Source: Bacteroidales bacterium
Lineage (GTDB): Bacteria > Bacteroidota > Bacteroidia > Bacteroidales > UBA4417
Direction: 5' to 3'
Length of the DNA: 39,430 nt
Assembly: GCA_038249635.1 (NCBI GenBank)
Contig: JBBSDG010000002.1
Coordinates: forward strand, 1 to 39,430
Shown here: one piece after another, positions 29,059 to 36,717 of the stretch
Position numbering within the stretch: the first letter of the stretch is position 1
Layout: every line of letters starts with the position of its first letter
Translations under genes and position numbers: made by a program
Notes under the pieces: generated by a model
Told to the model about the DNA's origin: nothing
The model's database searches: none
What the model saw: only the letters and a program-made list of their open reading frames with translations

Positions 29059-29241
29059 ACTTTTGTAGAATTAATGGTTTGAATTTGCTCATTTTCTTTT
29101 GCGGGAGACTGAGCGTTCATTTCGATTATAAGTCGGAGAATGTTCGTTCATTTTCCGATTTTTTTTTCTGTTAAATTTGTCACTATTTTGTCATAGGCTT
29201 TGATTGATTTGGTTCATGTTGGTTGGCTAGTTGGTTATTTT

Positions 29242-30309
29242 TTACTTTAGTGAAATATATATCTGGTTATCAATCGCTTTATACTTAATCGGTGTGGTGA
29301 GCATAATAACTTCCAATACCTGGTAAACAGTTTCATTATGTACAAATTTACCGTTGAACCTTTCCTTCTTCAGGCTTGCATCCTTTATTATGATTTTAAC
29401 ATTGAACCATCGTTCCATTTTTAAAGCTATGTCTTCAAAGGGTTCATCATTAAAAACCAGCAATTGATCCTTCCAGCTTGTAATAGCTTCTACATTTTTA
29501 CATTCTTTAACCTGAAGTTCCGGTATAGTAGAACCTGATTGAATTTGCTCTGGAGTTACAGCCTTTCTTATTTCTGCCATCTGTTGAGGCTTAATAAGTA
29601 TGGCCTCGCCCTTATATCGTGTACTCTGAACACTTACGAGTCCGCGGGCAACAGTAGTTTGTGTTTTTGAATCTTCGGGATATGCTTTTACATTGAATGC
29701 GGTCCCCAGCACTTCAACCCGGGCATCCTGTGTATTAACCACAAACAGCTTCTTGTTTTGTTTGGTAACATCAAAAAAAGCTTCCCCCACAAGAAATACA
29801 TCACGTGAATTTTCGCCAAAGTGTTCAGGATATTTAAACCGACTGCCCGAATTAATCCAAACATGAGTGCCATCGGATAATATTATTTGTGATTTTTCAC
29901 CAATAGGTACAATAATTTCATTGTAAGCGACAGCATCTTCTGCCTTGAAAAAAATGTATCCATAATTCCATAACCAGCCAAACCCTACAGATAATACAAG
30001 TACAGCAGCAATTTTTACCCAGGAAGGAAGTGTAAAACTATGTTTTTCAGTTGCCTTTTTGTCAGCCTCAATCGTACCCATCAATTTATGCAGCAATTGG
30101 TCTTTATCTACTACAATTTCATTTTGCAGGGTATTTTGCAGTGTGCCGAGAATGATTATTGCTTTTTGAAATTCTTCTGTCTTTTCAGTATGATTTGTAA
30201 TCCAATTATTCCAAAAAGTTACTGATGCCTCATCTGAGCCGGCCACAAATTCGTGGAAAGACTCATCTAGAATATAATCTTCAAAATTTTGATACTCCTT
30301 TTTTTTCAT
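29242..30309 (-). CDS. FecR-family anti-sigma factor / transmembrane sensor
   Basis: 355 aa with a single transmembrane segment, 'WVKIAAVLVLSVGFGWLW'. The FecR core 'GEAFFDVTKQNKKLFVVNTQDARVEVLGTAFNVKAYPED' is present. The C-terminal DUF4974-like tail ends 'TPIKYKAIDNQIYISLK'. Confidence 0.85.
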   Translation of the reverse strand: MKKKEYQNFEDYILDESFHEFVAGSDEASVTFWNNWITNHTEKTEEFQKAIIILGTLQNTLQNEIVVDKDQLLHKLMGTIEADKKATEKHSFTLPSWVKIAAVLVLSVGFGWLWNYGYIFFKAEDAVAYNEIIVPIGEKSQIILSDGTHVWINSGSRFKYPEHFGENSRDVFLVGEAFFDVTKQNKKLFVVNTQDARVEVLGTAFNVKAYPEDSKTQTTVARGLVSVQSTRYKGEAILIKPQQMAEIRKAVTPEQIQSGSTIPELQVKECKNVEAITSWKDQLLVFNDEPFEDIALKMERWFNVKIIIKDASLKKERFNGKFVHNETVYQVLEVIMLTTPIKYKAIDNQIYISLK

Positions 30310-30560
30310 TTCAAGTAACTATATAGATTATTCATCTTTGCGTTGGGGAAAAACATTGCTCAAAACCAGGCGATTTAAGAAGAAAGAAAGGCGATTATAG
30401 CCATGTAAAACCACAAAACACCTTTCTCATCTCACTGATAACCAAACCTCAACCAAATCGGCAATAATAATACTGTTATTATTAAAGCATAAAGGATCAA
30501 CCAAATCCTTTTTACATATTGACAACTAAAATGGATTTTTATACTCAGTGACTTCTAAAT

Positions 30561-30948
30561 TTATTTTTTGCTTCTGTTCAGCATCAATTTGATCATAGCA
30601 AGTTGTATCATTGTCTGGCTTGTTTCTGTTTGTAAATAAATGTCTTTGCTCAATCTCCAACAGCTTTCAAACCAGGCAAAGATCCTTTCAACAATCCATC
30701 GTTCAGGCAGCACATCAAATTTAGAGGAGGTATCAGATCTAAGTATGACCTCAAACATCTTCATTCTTCCTTTTGGTAAAATAGTAATAAACCAGCTTCA
30801 ATGATGGAAAGTGTTATAGGATCATGCGCCATTGGCAGCCAGCTTTAAAGAAATAGAAGAGTGCATCAAATATTTCGCTTAAAGTACATTTATGCTTATG
30901 TTTATACTGTAGAATAGCTAATATTGATTCCCATAAAGTTACAAAATA
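30561..30948 (-). pseudogene. Relic of an IS5-family (DDE) transposase gene: N-terminal domain with an in-frame stop, a frameshift, the catalytic core deleted and the C-terminal tail retained
   Basis: Reverse-strand translation of 30948..30757 gives 'YFVTLWESILAILQYKHKHKCTLSEIFDALFYFFKAGCQWRMIL*HFPSLKLVYYYFTKRKNEDV*'. This matches the conserved N-terminus of IS5-type transposases (...GCQWRMLP.DFP.W.TVYYYF..W). The TAA stop is at 30814-30816. After a frameshift, ORF 30561..30764 carries 'LPERWIVERIFAWFESCWRLSKDIY', the conserved C-terminal RW.VER.FAW...RRL.KDYE motif. About 150 aa of the DDE core between the two parts are missing. Confidence 0.7.
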
Positions 30949-31044
30949 TTATTCATTCAAACAATTGATAGTAAATGTTTTATGGATTTTCTTGTTAATA
31001 TTTTTATTAACATTTTCTGCTACTGCAAACTCTGACTTCAAAAA

Positions 31045-31190
31045 TTGAGTCCACTCCGAAAAGTCATTTTACCCCTAAATCCCCTAAAGGGGACTTCGGC
31101 AAAATGCTGATTTTTAACACTTCCCCTTCAGGGGTCGGGGTAAAGAAGGGTTGAAAATCAGCATTTTCCGACTTTTCGGAGTGGACTCAA
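31045..31190. repeat. 146-bp nested-palindrome, MITE/REP-like element
   Basis: It has perfect 21-bp terminal inverted repeats: 'ttgagtccactccgaaaagtc' (31045-31065) and 'gacttttcggagtggactcaa' (31170-31190). An inner imperfect inverted repeat pairs 31097-31118 with 31150-31170. There are two 5-bp-stem mini-hairpins, 'cccct-aa-agggg' (31081-31092) and 'cccct-tc-agggg' (31123-31134), and a tandem 'cccctaaa' x2 (31072-31088). It has no coding potential. Confidence 0.6.
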
Positions 31191-31222
31191 AATTAGATTA
31201 CAAACGTAGGAACTAAATATAA

Positions 31223-31230
31223 TATCTTTG
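31223..31230 (+). promoter_or_regulatory. Candidate Bacteroidota -7 promoter box (TAnnTTTG) for the lactate operon
   Basis: 'tatctttg' matches the Bacteroides sigma-A -7 consensus TAnnTTTG and lies 51 bp upstream of the ATG at 31281. I saw no clear -33 TTTG. Such matches occur by chance in AT-rich DNA. Confidence 0.3.
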
Positions 31231-31280
31231 TTTTAAATAAAGCTACGCTAAAAGTGAAAATAACGAAATAAATACTAAAA

Positions 31281-34106
31281 ATGTTACCTGCAAATTATCA
31301 GAAATTGTATAATGAGCTTACAACCAAACTGGAATCTAAGCGAGTCATTACTAATGAATTGGAATTATTGACTTACGGAACCGATGCAAGCTTTTATCGA
31401 TTGGTTCCTAAAATTGTTGTTCTTGTTCATTCAGAACCTGAAGTTGTATTCGTATTACAACTTTCGGAGAAATATGATATTCCTGTAACCTATAGAGCAG
31501 CAGGAACAAGTCTGTCCGGGCAAGCCATAACAGATGCGGTATTGCTAGTGGCAACTCATAATTGGAAAAAATATACCATTTCCGATAACGCTAAAAAAAT
31601 AAAACTTCAACCAGGTATTATTGGAGGTAGAGCAAATATTTTATTGGCGCCTTACAGCAGAAAAATTGGTCCCGATCCGGCTTCGATTAATGCTGCAATG
31701 ATAGGTGGAATTGCTGCGAATAATGCTAGCGGCATGTGTTGTGGTACATCTCAGAACTCATACAATACTATCGATAATATAAGAATTATTCTATATGATG
31801 GTACTATTCTGGATACATCCGACAATGATAATAAACATGAATTTAGTCAAAAGCATCCCGGAATAATAAAAGAGATAGAACAACTCAGCTACGATATTAA
31901 GTCCAATAGAACGCTCCATGAGCGCATTAAAAACAAATTCAAAATTAAAAACACAACCGGATATAGCATTAACGCATTGGTTGATTTTGAAGATCCATTC
32001 GAAATCATCAAACATCTGATGATAGGCTCGGAGGGAACACTTGCTTTTATTTCTGACATTACTTACAATACGGTAATTGATGAAAAATTTAAATCGTGCA
32101 CTATGATGATTTTTGAAACGATTGAAATGGCTTGTGAGGCCGTTCCATTTTTGAAAAATAGTCCGGTCGCTGCTGTTGAGTTGCTCGATAGAGATTCTAT
32201 TCGATCTGTAGAGAATGATCCTGATGCGCCCTCATATTTTAAAACTATTCCCGAATCTGTTTGTTTTTTGTTGGTTGAATGCAGAGCCGATACAATTGAT
32301 GAATTGGAGGCCAAACAAGCACAAGTTCGTAATTCAATAGTCTCAATTCCTACCTATAAAGAATTTGAGTTTACTTCGGATCCAAAGCAGTACAATTTTA
32401 ACTGGAAAGCGCGCAAAGGACTGCTTCCATCGGTAGGTGGAATGCGCAGAACCGGAACAACCTGCCTGATAGAAGATGTGGCATTTCCTGTGTCACGATT
32501 GGCTGAAGCTTGTATCGCATTAAAAGAATTATTCAGAAAACTCGATTATACCGATGCTGTTCTTTTTGGTCATGCCTTGGAGGGCAACCTGCATCTGGTG
32601 TTTTCGCAGGATTTTAGCTCCGATAGCGAAGTGCAACGATATGCAAGACTAATGGACGAGCTATGTGATATTGTTGTAAACAAATTTGATGGGTCATTAA
32701 AGGCTGAACATGGAACAGGTCGGAATATGGCTCCTTTTGTAGAAAAGGAATGGGGCGAAGCAGCATATGAAATTATGCTCCGTATAAAAAATATTTTTGA
32801 TCCTCGTCAACTTGTCAATCCGGGAGTGATAATTAACCCTAACCCGACTATTCATTTAGAGAACCTAAAAGCGCTGCCGGCTACCAACGAAATTGTAGAT
32901 AAGTGTATGGAGTGTGGGTTTTGTGAACCAAATTGTGTATCAGAAGGTTTAACGCTTTCGCCCCGACAACGGATAGTTATTGCACGTGAAATTTCAAGAT
33001 TAAAAGCTACGGGTGAATCGCCTGAATTGCTGACCAAATTATCCAAAAGAGCCCAATATTATTCAGACGAAACCTGCGCCACCGATGGTTTGTGTGCTTT
33101 AGTTTGTCCACTGAATATCGATACCGGAAAATATATTAAAGAATTACGTTATCAGAATGCCTCAGAATCTGACAAAAAAATAGCTGCTCGTATTGGTAGG
33201 AATATGTCCATGGTAACTTCGGCTGCCAGATTTGGATTAAACTCTGTTGGAGTTTTCCAGAGTATATTGGGCGATTCACTAATGAATGGTATTGCTACCG
33301 GTGTGAGAAAAATATCCGGCGATACTATTCCACAATGGAATAAAAACATGCCACGTGGAGCTTCTAAAATCACCCAACTTTCTGTAAATGAAATTAGTGA
33401 ACGAAAAGTTGTATATTTTCCATCATGTATTAATCGCTCTATGGGAAAGGCAAAGGGTTACGAAAAAGAAGATGTTGCATTGACACAGAAAACAGAAGAA
33501 TTGCTTAAAAGAGCTGGGTTTGGCATAATTTACCCGAATGGAATAAATAATTTGTGTTGCGGAATGGCTTTTAGCAGTAAAGGCTTGAAAGATGAAGGTG
33601 CCAGAAAATCAGAGGAATTGGAAGATGCCTTATACAAAGCATCAGAACAAGGGAAATTTCCGATATTATTTGATATGAGTCCTTGTTTTTATACCTCTCA
33701 TGAAAATTTCAAAAAGTATGGAAGCATGAAGATCTATGACCCAATTGAATTTATGAGCGACTTCGTACTGCCCCATTTAATTGTGAAGTCTCCCCGTAAA
33801 CAGGTCAGTATTTTTCCGGTATGCTCTGTAAAAAAGATTGGTATGGAAGAAAAACTGCTCAAGCTTTCAAAAATGTGTTCCGATGAAGTTATTCTGGTTC
33901 AATCTAATTGTTGTGGATTTGCCGGAGATAGAGGCTTTCTTTTTCCGGAACTCAATAAATACGGGTTGCAAGACCTCGAAAATCAAATTCCAGCCGCCTG
34001 TAACGAAGGTTATTCAACAAGCAGAACCTGCGAGATTGGCATGAATGAACATAGCCATGTTACTTTCAAATCAATTTTCTATTTAATAGATGAAGTCACA
34101 AAATAA
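31281..34106 (+). CDS. FAD- and Fe-S-dependent D-lactate dehydrogenase (Dld-II / YdiJ-like fusion oxidoreductase)
   Basis: 941 aa. FAD-binding oxidase N-terminus: 'YRAAGTSLSGQA'. Two 4Fe-4S motifs: 'CMECGFCEPNCVS' and 'CATDGLCALVCP'. C-terminal cysteine-rich (CCG-type) repeats: 'FPSCINR', 'NNLCCGMAF' and 'SNCCGFAGDRGF'. This is the same architecture as the large Dld-II-type lactate dehydrogenases, which are usually encoded next to a lactate permease. Confidence 0.75.
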   Translation: MLPANYQKLYNELTTKLESKRVITNELELLTYGTDASFYRLVPKIVVLVHSEPEVVFVLQLSEKYDIPVTYRAAGTSLSGQAITDAVLLVATHNWKKYTISDNAKKIKLQPGIIGGRANILLAPYSRKIGPDPASINAAMIGGIAANNASGMCCGTSQNSYNTIDNIRIILYDGTILDTSDNDNKHEFSQKHPGIIKEIEQLSYDIKSNRTLHERIKNKFKIKNTTGYSINALVDFEDPFEIIKHLMIGSEGTLAFISDITYNTVIDEKFKSCTMMIFETIEMACEAVPFLKNSPVAAVELLDRDSIRSVENDPDAPSYFKTIPESVCFLLVECRADTIDELEAKQAQVRNSIVSIPTYKEFEFTSDPKQYNFNWKARKGLLPSVGGMRRTGTTCLIEDVAFPVSRLAEACIALKELFRKLDYTDAVLFGHALEGNLHLVFSQDFSSDSEVQRYARLMDELCDIVVNKFDGSLKAEHGTGRNMAPFVEKEWGEAAYEIMLRIKNIFDPRQLVNPGVIINPNPTIHLENLKALPATNEIVDKCMECGFCEPNCVSEGLTLSPRQRIVIAREISRLKATGESPELLTKLSKRAQYYSDETCATDGLCALVCPLNIDTGKYIKELRYQNASESDKKIAARIGRNMSMVTSAARFGLNSVGVFQSILGDSLMNGIATGVRKISGDTIPQWNKNMPRGASKITQLSVNEISERKVVYFPSCINRSMGKAKGYEKEDVALTQKTEELLKRAGFGIIYPNGINNLCCGMAFSSKGLKDEGARKSEELEDALYKASEQGKFPILFDMSPCFYTSHENFKKYGSMKIYDPIEFMSDFVLPHLIVKSPRKQVSIFPVCSVKKIGMEEKLLKLSKMCSDEVILVQSNCCGFAGDRGFLFPELNKYGLQDLENQIPAACNEGYSTSRTCEIGMNEHSHVTFKSIFYLIDEVTK

Positions 34107-34168
34107 TATCAACAATGTTGATATTTCCATGCTAAAGCAACCTTATTCCTAATTAATTAATTTGATTT

Positions 34169-35743
34169 ATGCAGATCCTGGCTATCCAACAAGCTTTCAC
34201 TGTAAGTGGACAATCAATGTTAGAATTGCTTTTTGCGGCACTTCCGGTAATTATACTTATTATATTGATGGGTTTCCTGAAAATGCCGGGAGATAAAAGC
34301 TCTCTGATTACCCTAATAGTAAGCATCCTGGTTGGGCTTTTTGTGTTTCATTATCCCTTGGCTGATACAGGTTTGAGCATAGTTTATGGTATGTTAAAGG
34401 CTATTTTCCCCATATTGATTATTATTATAATGGCTGTTTTTAGCTATAATATTCTTGTTCATACAAAAAAAATGGAAGTGCTGAAAGCACAATTCTCATC
34501 CGTTTCAACGGATAAAAGTATTCAAGTATTATTATTAACCTGGGGATTTGGTGGATTGTTGGAAGGTATGGCCGGATTTGGAACTGCTGTTGCAATACCT
34601 GCAGCTATTTTAATCAGCCTTGGCTTTCAACCTGTATTTTCTGCAGTTACAAGCCTTATTGCCAACAGTGTGGCAACAGCTTTTGGTGCTATTGGAACTC
34701 CTGTAATTGTATTGGCACAGCAAACTGGCATTACAGATTTAGCTTTATTGGGTCAAAATGTGATTTTCCAGCTTTCCCCTTTAATGTTTTTAGTGCCATT
34801 TACACTACTGATAATGACCGATCCCCGTTTAAAGATCATACCCAGACATATATTTTTGAGCGTTTTGGTTGGAAGCGTAAGCTTATTAACTCAATATCTG
34901 TCAGTTAAATACATTGGAGTTACTACACCAGCCGTTTTAGGTAGTTTGGCTTCCATTGTTACCATTGTAATTTACGGTAAGCTTACGAAATCAAAACAAT
35001 ATGTTGAAGTCAATAAATCACTTCATAGCTATACTTTAACGCAAACATTAAAAGCCTGGAGTGTATATGGCAGCATATTGCTTTTGATTGTGTTGATGAG
35101 TCCTTTATTGCCTTTCAAAGCAATGTTACAGGATTATGTAAGCTTTAATCTGACTTTCAATATATTTGATAATGTGAAACAAATGAGTGTAGCAAAAATT
35201 GTTAAAATCTCCTGTATGGATGCAGGTGTTTTGTTGTTTTTAGGATCAATTATCGGGGGCATTATTCAGGGAGCAGGTATTTTGGAATTGTTTAAATTGT
35301 TGATGCAGGTATTAATTAAGCAGAAACGTACAATTATCACAGTTTGCAGTTTGATAGCCTTATCATCCATCATGGATTTCTCGGGTATGATTTTGGTGAT
35401 TGGAATGGCTCTTGCACTTGCTACGGGCTCATTTTACCCGCTTTTTGCCCCAGCCATTGGTTGTTTGGGAACATTCCTGACCGGTAGTGATACTTCATCA
35501 AATATCTTGTTCGGTAAATTACAAACATCGGTTGCACATCAAATTCCGGGAGCTGATCCTTCCTGGTTTGCAGCAGCGAATACAGCGGGTGCAACAGGAG
35601 GTAAAATTATTTCACCTCAAAGTATTGCTGTTGCAACATCAGCTTGCGAACAACAAGGCAAAGAAGGTGAAATTATGAAAAAAGCACTTCCTTTTGCATT
35701 AGCATATATTATAATTGTTGGAATAATGGTTTATTTCTTTTAG
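34169..35743 (+). CDS. lctP: L-lactate permease family (LctP/LldP) transporter
   Basis: 524 aa and polytopic. 'GFGTAVAIPAAILISLGF' and 'GTFLTGSDTSSNILFGKLQ' match the LctP family signature regions. It lies 62 bp downstream of the dehydrogenase. Confidence 0.85.
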   Translation: MQILAIQQAFTVSGQSMLELLFAALPVIILIILMGFLKMPGDKSSLITLIVSILVGLFVFHYPLADTGLSIVYGMLKAIFPILIIIIMAVFSYNILVHTKKMEVLKAQFSSVSTDKSIQVLLLTWGFGGLLEGMAGFGTAVAIPAAILISLGFQPVFSAVTSLIANSVATAFGAIGTPVIVLAQQTGITDLALLGQNVIFQLSPLMFLVPFTLLIMTDPRLKIIPRHIFLSVLVGSVSLLTQYLSVKYIGVTTPAVLGSLASIVTIVIYGKLTKSKQYVEVNKSLHSYTLTQTLKAWSVYGSILLLIVLMSPLLPFKAMLQDYVSFNLTFNIFDNVKQMSVAKIVKISCMDAGVLLFLGSIIGGIIQGAGILELFKLLMQVLIKQKRTIITVCSLIALSSIMDFSGMILVIGMALALATGSFYPLFAPAIGCLGTFLTGSDTSSNILFGKLQTSVAHQIPGADPSWFAAANTAGATGGKIISPQSIAVATSACEQQGKEGEIMKKALPFALAYIIIVGIMVYFF

Positions 35744-35943
35744 AAAAGGAAAGATATTGAATTGCAATAATTACTTATGAATTTATGAAAATCTATGGAA
35801 TAATAAACAGGGGTATTTGTGCAGTCTGTAACTGACTGCTCTACTGAACATTTTGTTGCAAGGTATAGAATAATCCAAAACAAGAATATTTGCAATTAAG
35901 TAAGTCTGTGATTCCCTCGCGCACAGCCAGTGCCGGATGGCTC

Positions 35944-35988
35944 CATGTGCTTTTTCCTGTCACGGTATTTGCAGAAAAAAGCAAATAC
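35944..35988. repeat. Copy A of a roughly 45-nt repeated motif in the non-coding gap
   Basis: The core 'catgtgctttttcctgtc' (35944-35961) is 17/18 identical to 36458-36475. It is followed in both copies by a related 'ttgca(g/a)aaaaaag.aa...tac' tail. Confidence 0.4.
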
Positions 35989-36457
35989 TCCAAGGAGCCA
36001 AGGGAAATGCATGCTCCGCTAATTAAACTGATATTTATTGCACGCTCAATACCAATTCCCAAAAACGACATTATCTAGCTTCTAAAGTGAACTAATCATT
36101 ATTCTTATCTTCGTGAACAACAATGAATTGTGAAGAGTCTAAAAACGAAATACCACCAAACAACTATGAGGAATATCGAAATTAGACAACTCTGATGAAA
36201 GATCTAACTTTTCTTTAGTGAAAGATTTTGTGAAGTTTTGTTTAAATTATGATAAATCAGTAGAATTAAGGCCTAAGACCATTGAGTTATTGGCTGAATT
36301 TTGAAAAGCCCCGCAACTCCGAAGCCGACAAAATCCATCGCGGCTAAAGGCACTTCGATACTATTGGCACTGATTTTAAAGTGTTTACTGAGGCGGATGA
36401 AATATAAACTGACTCAATAATTCAATAGTAAAATCACACCTTTCAGTATGAAATGCA

Positions 36458-36504
36458 CATGTCCTTTTTCCTGTCTATATGGTTGCAAAAAAAAGAACAA
36501 GTAC
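36458..36504. repeat. Copy B of the roughly 45-nt repeated motif
   Basis: 'catgtcctttttcctgtc' plus the tail 'tatatggttgcaaaaaaaagaacaagtac'. It has the same orientation as copy A and lies 514 bp downstream of it. Confidence 0.4.
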
Positions 36505-36676
36505 AACTTAAAATTCTATTCCTTATAAATTTTAACATAATATATTTAGGCAATATTCAAAAGGTTGAACCAAATCCAATAACTGTATTTCTAAAATATT
36601 TCCATTAATCATTTCTAAACTTATGATTTCAGAAATAACAATTAAGTTGCTTGAAATTATTGAATTGATTATTATG

Positions 36677-36684
36677 TATTTTTG
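36677..36684 (+). promoter_or_regulatory. Candidate -7 promoter box (TAnnTTTG) for the PUL2 sigma factor gene
   Basis: 'tatttttg' fits TAnnTTTG and lies 34 bp upstream of the ATG at 36718. A chance match in AT-rich DNA is possible. Confidence 0.3.
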
Positions 36685-36717
36685 GCATCTTGAATCTAAC
36701 TAAAAACAGGCAAATGC

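Noticed and set aside
29058-29179. Plus-strand TAnnTTTG matches in the fecR-susC spacer, considered as a definite antisense-sRNA promoter.
   Set aside because: The 8-mer with two free positions is expected by chance in AT-rich spacers. There is no supporting -33 element or terminator. It is kept only as a low-priority hypothesis.
30310-30560. The possibility that the 251 bp upstream of fecR still contains the 3' end of a disrupted ECF sigma gene.
   Set aside because: Translating all three reverse-strand frames gave only short stop-interrupted stretches, such as 'SPFFLLKSPGFEQCFSPTQR*'. None has a recognisable sigma region-4 helix-turn-helix. The similarity to sigma-gene tails is too vague to claim.
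30997-31016. An AT-only 8-bp-stem hairpin, 'tgttaata-tttt-tattaaca', followed by T's, considered as a terminator.
   Set aside because: The stem is entirely A/T, so it would be very weak. There is no upstream plus-strand gene for it to terminate.
35841-36078. A 76-aa minus-strand ORF and a 62-aa plus-strand ORF in the gap after lctP, considered as possible small genes.
   Set aside because: They overlap each other almost completely. The plus-strand ORF starts on TTG. Neither has a recognisable motif, signal peptide or convincing context. They are kept only as part of the 'decayed gap' observation.
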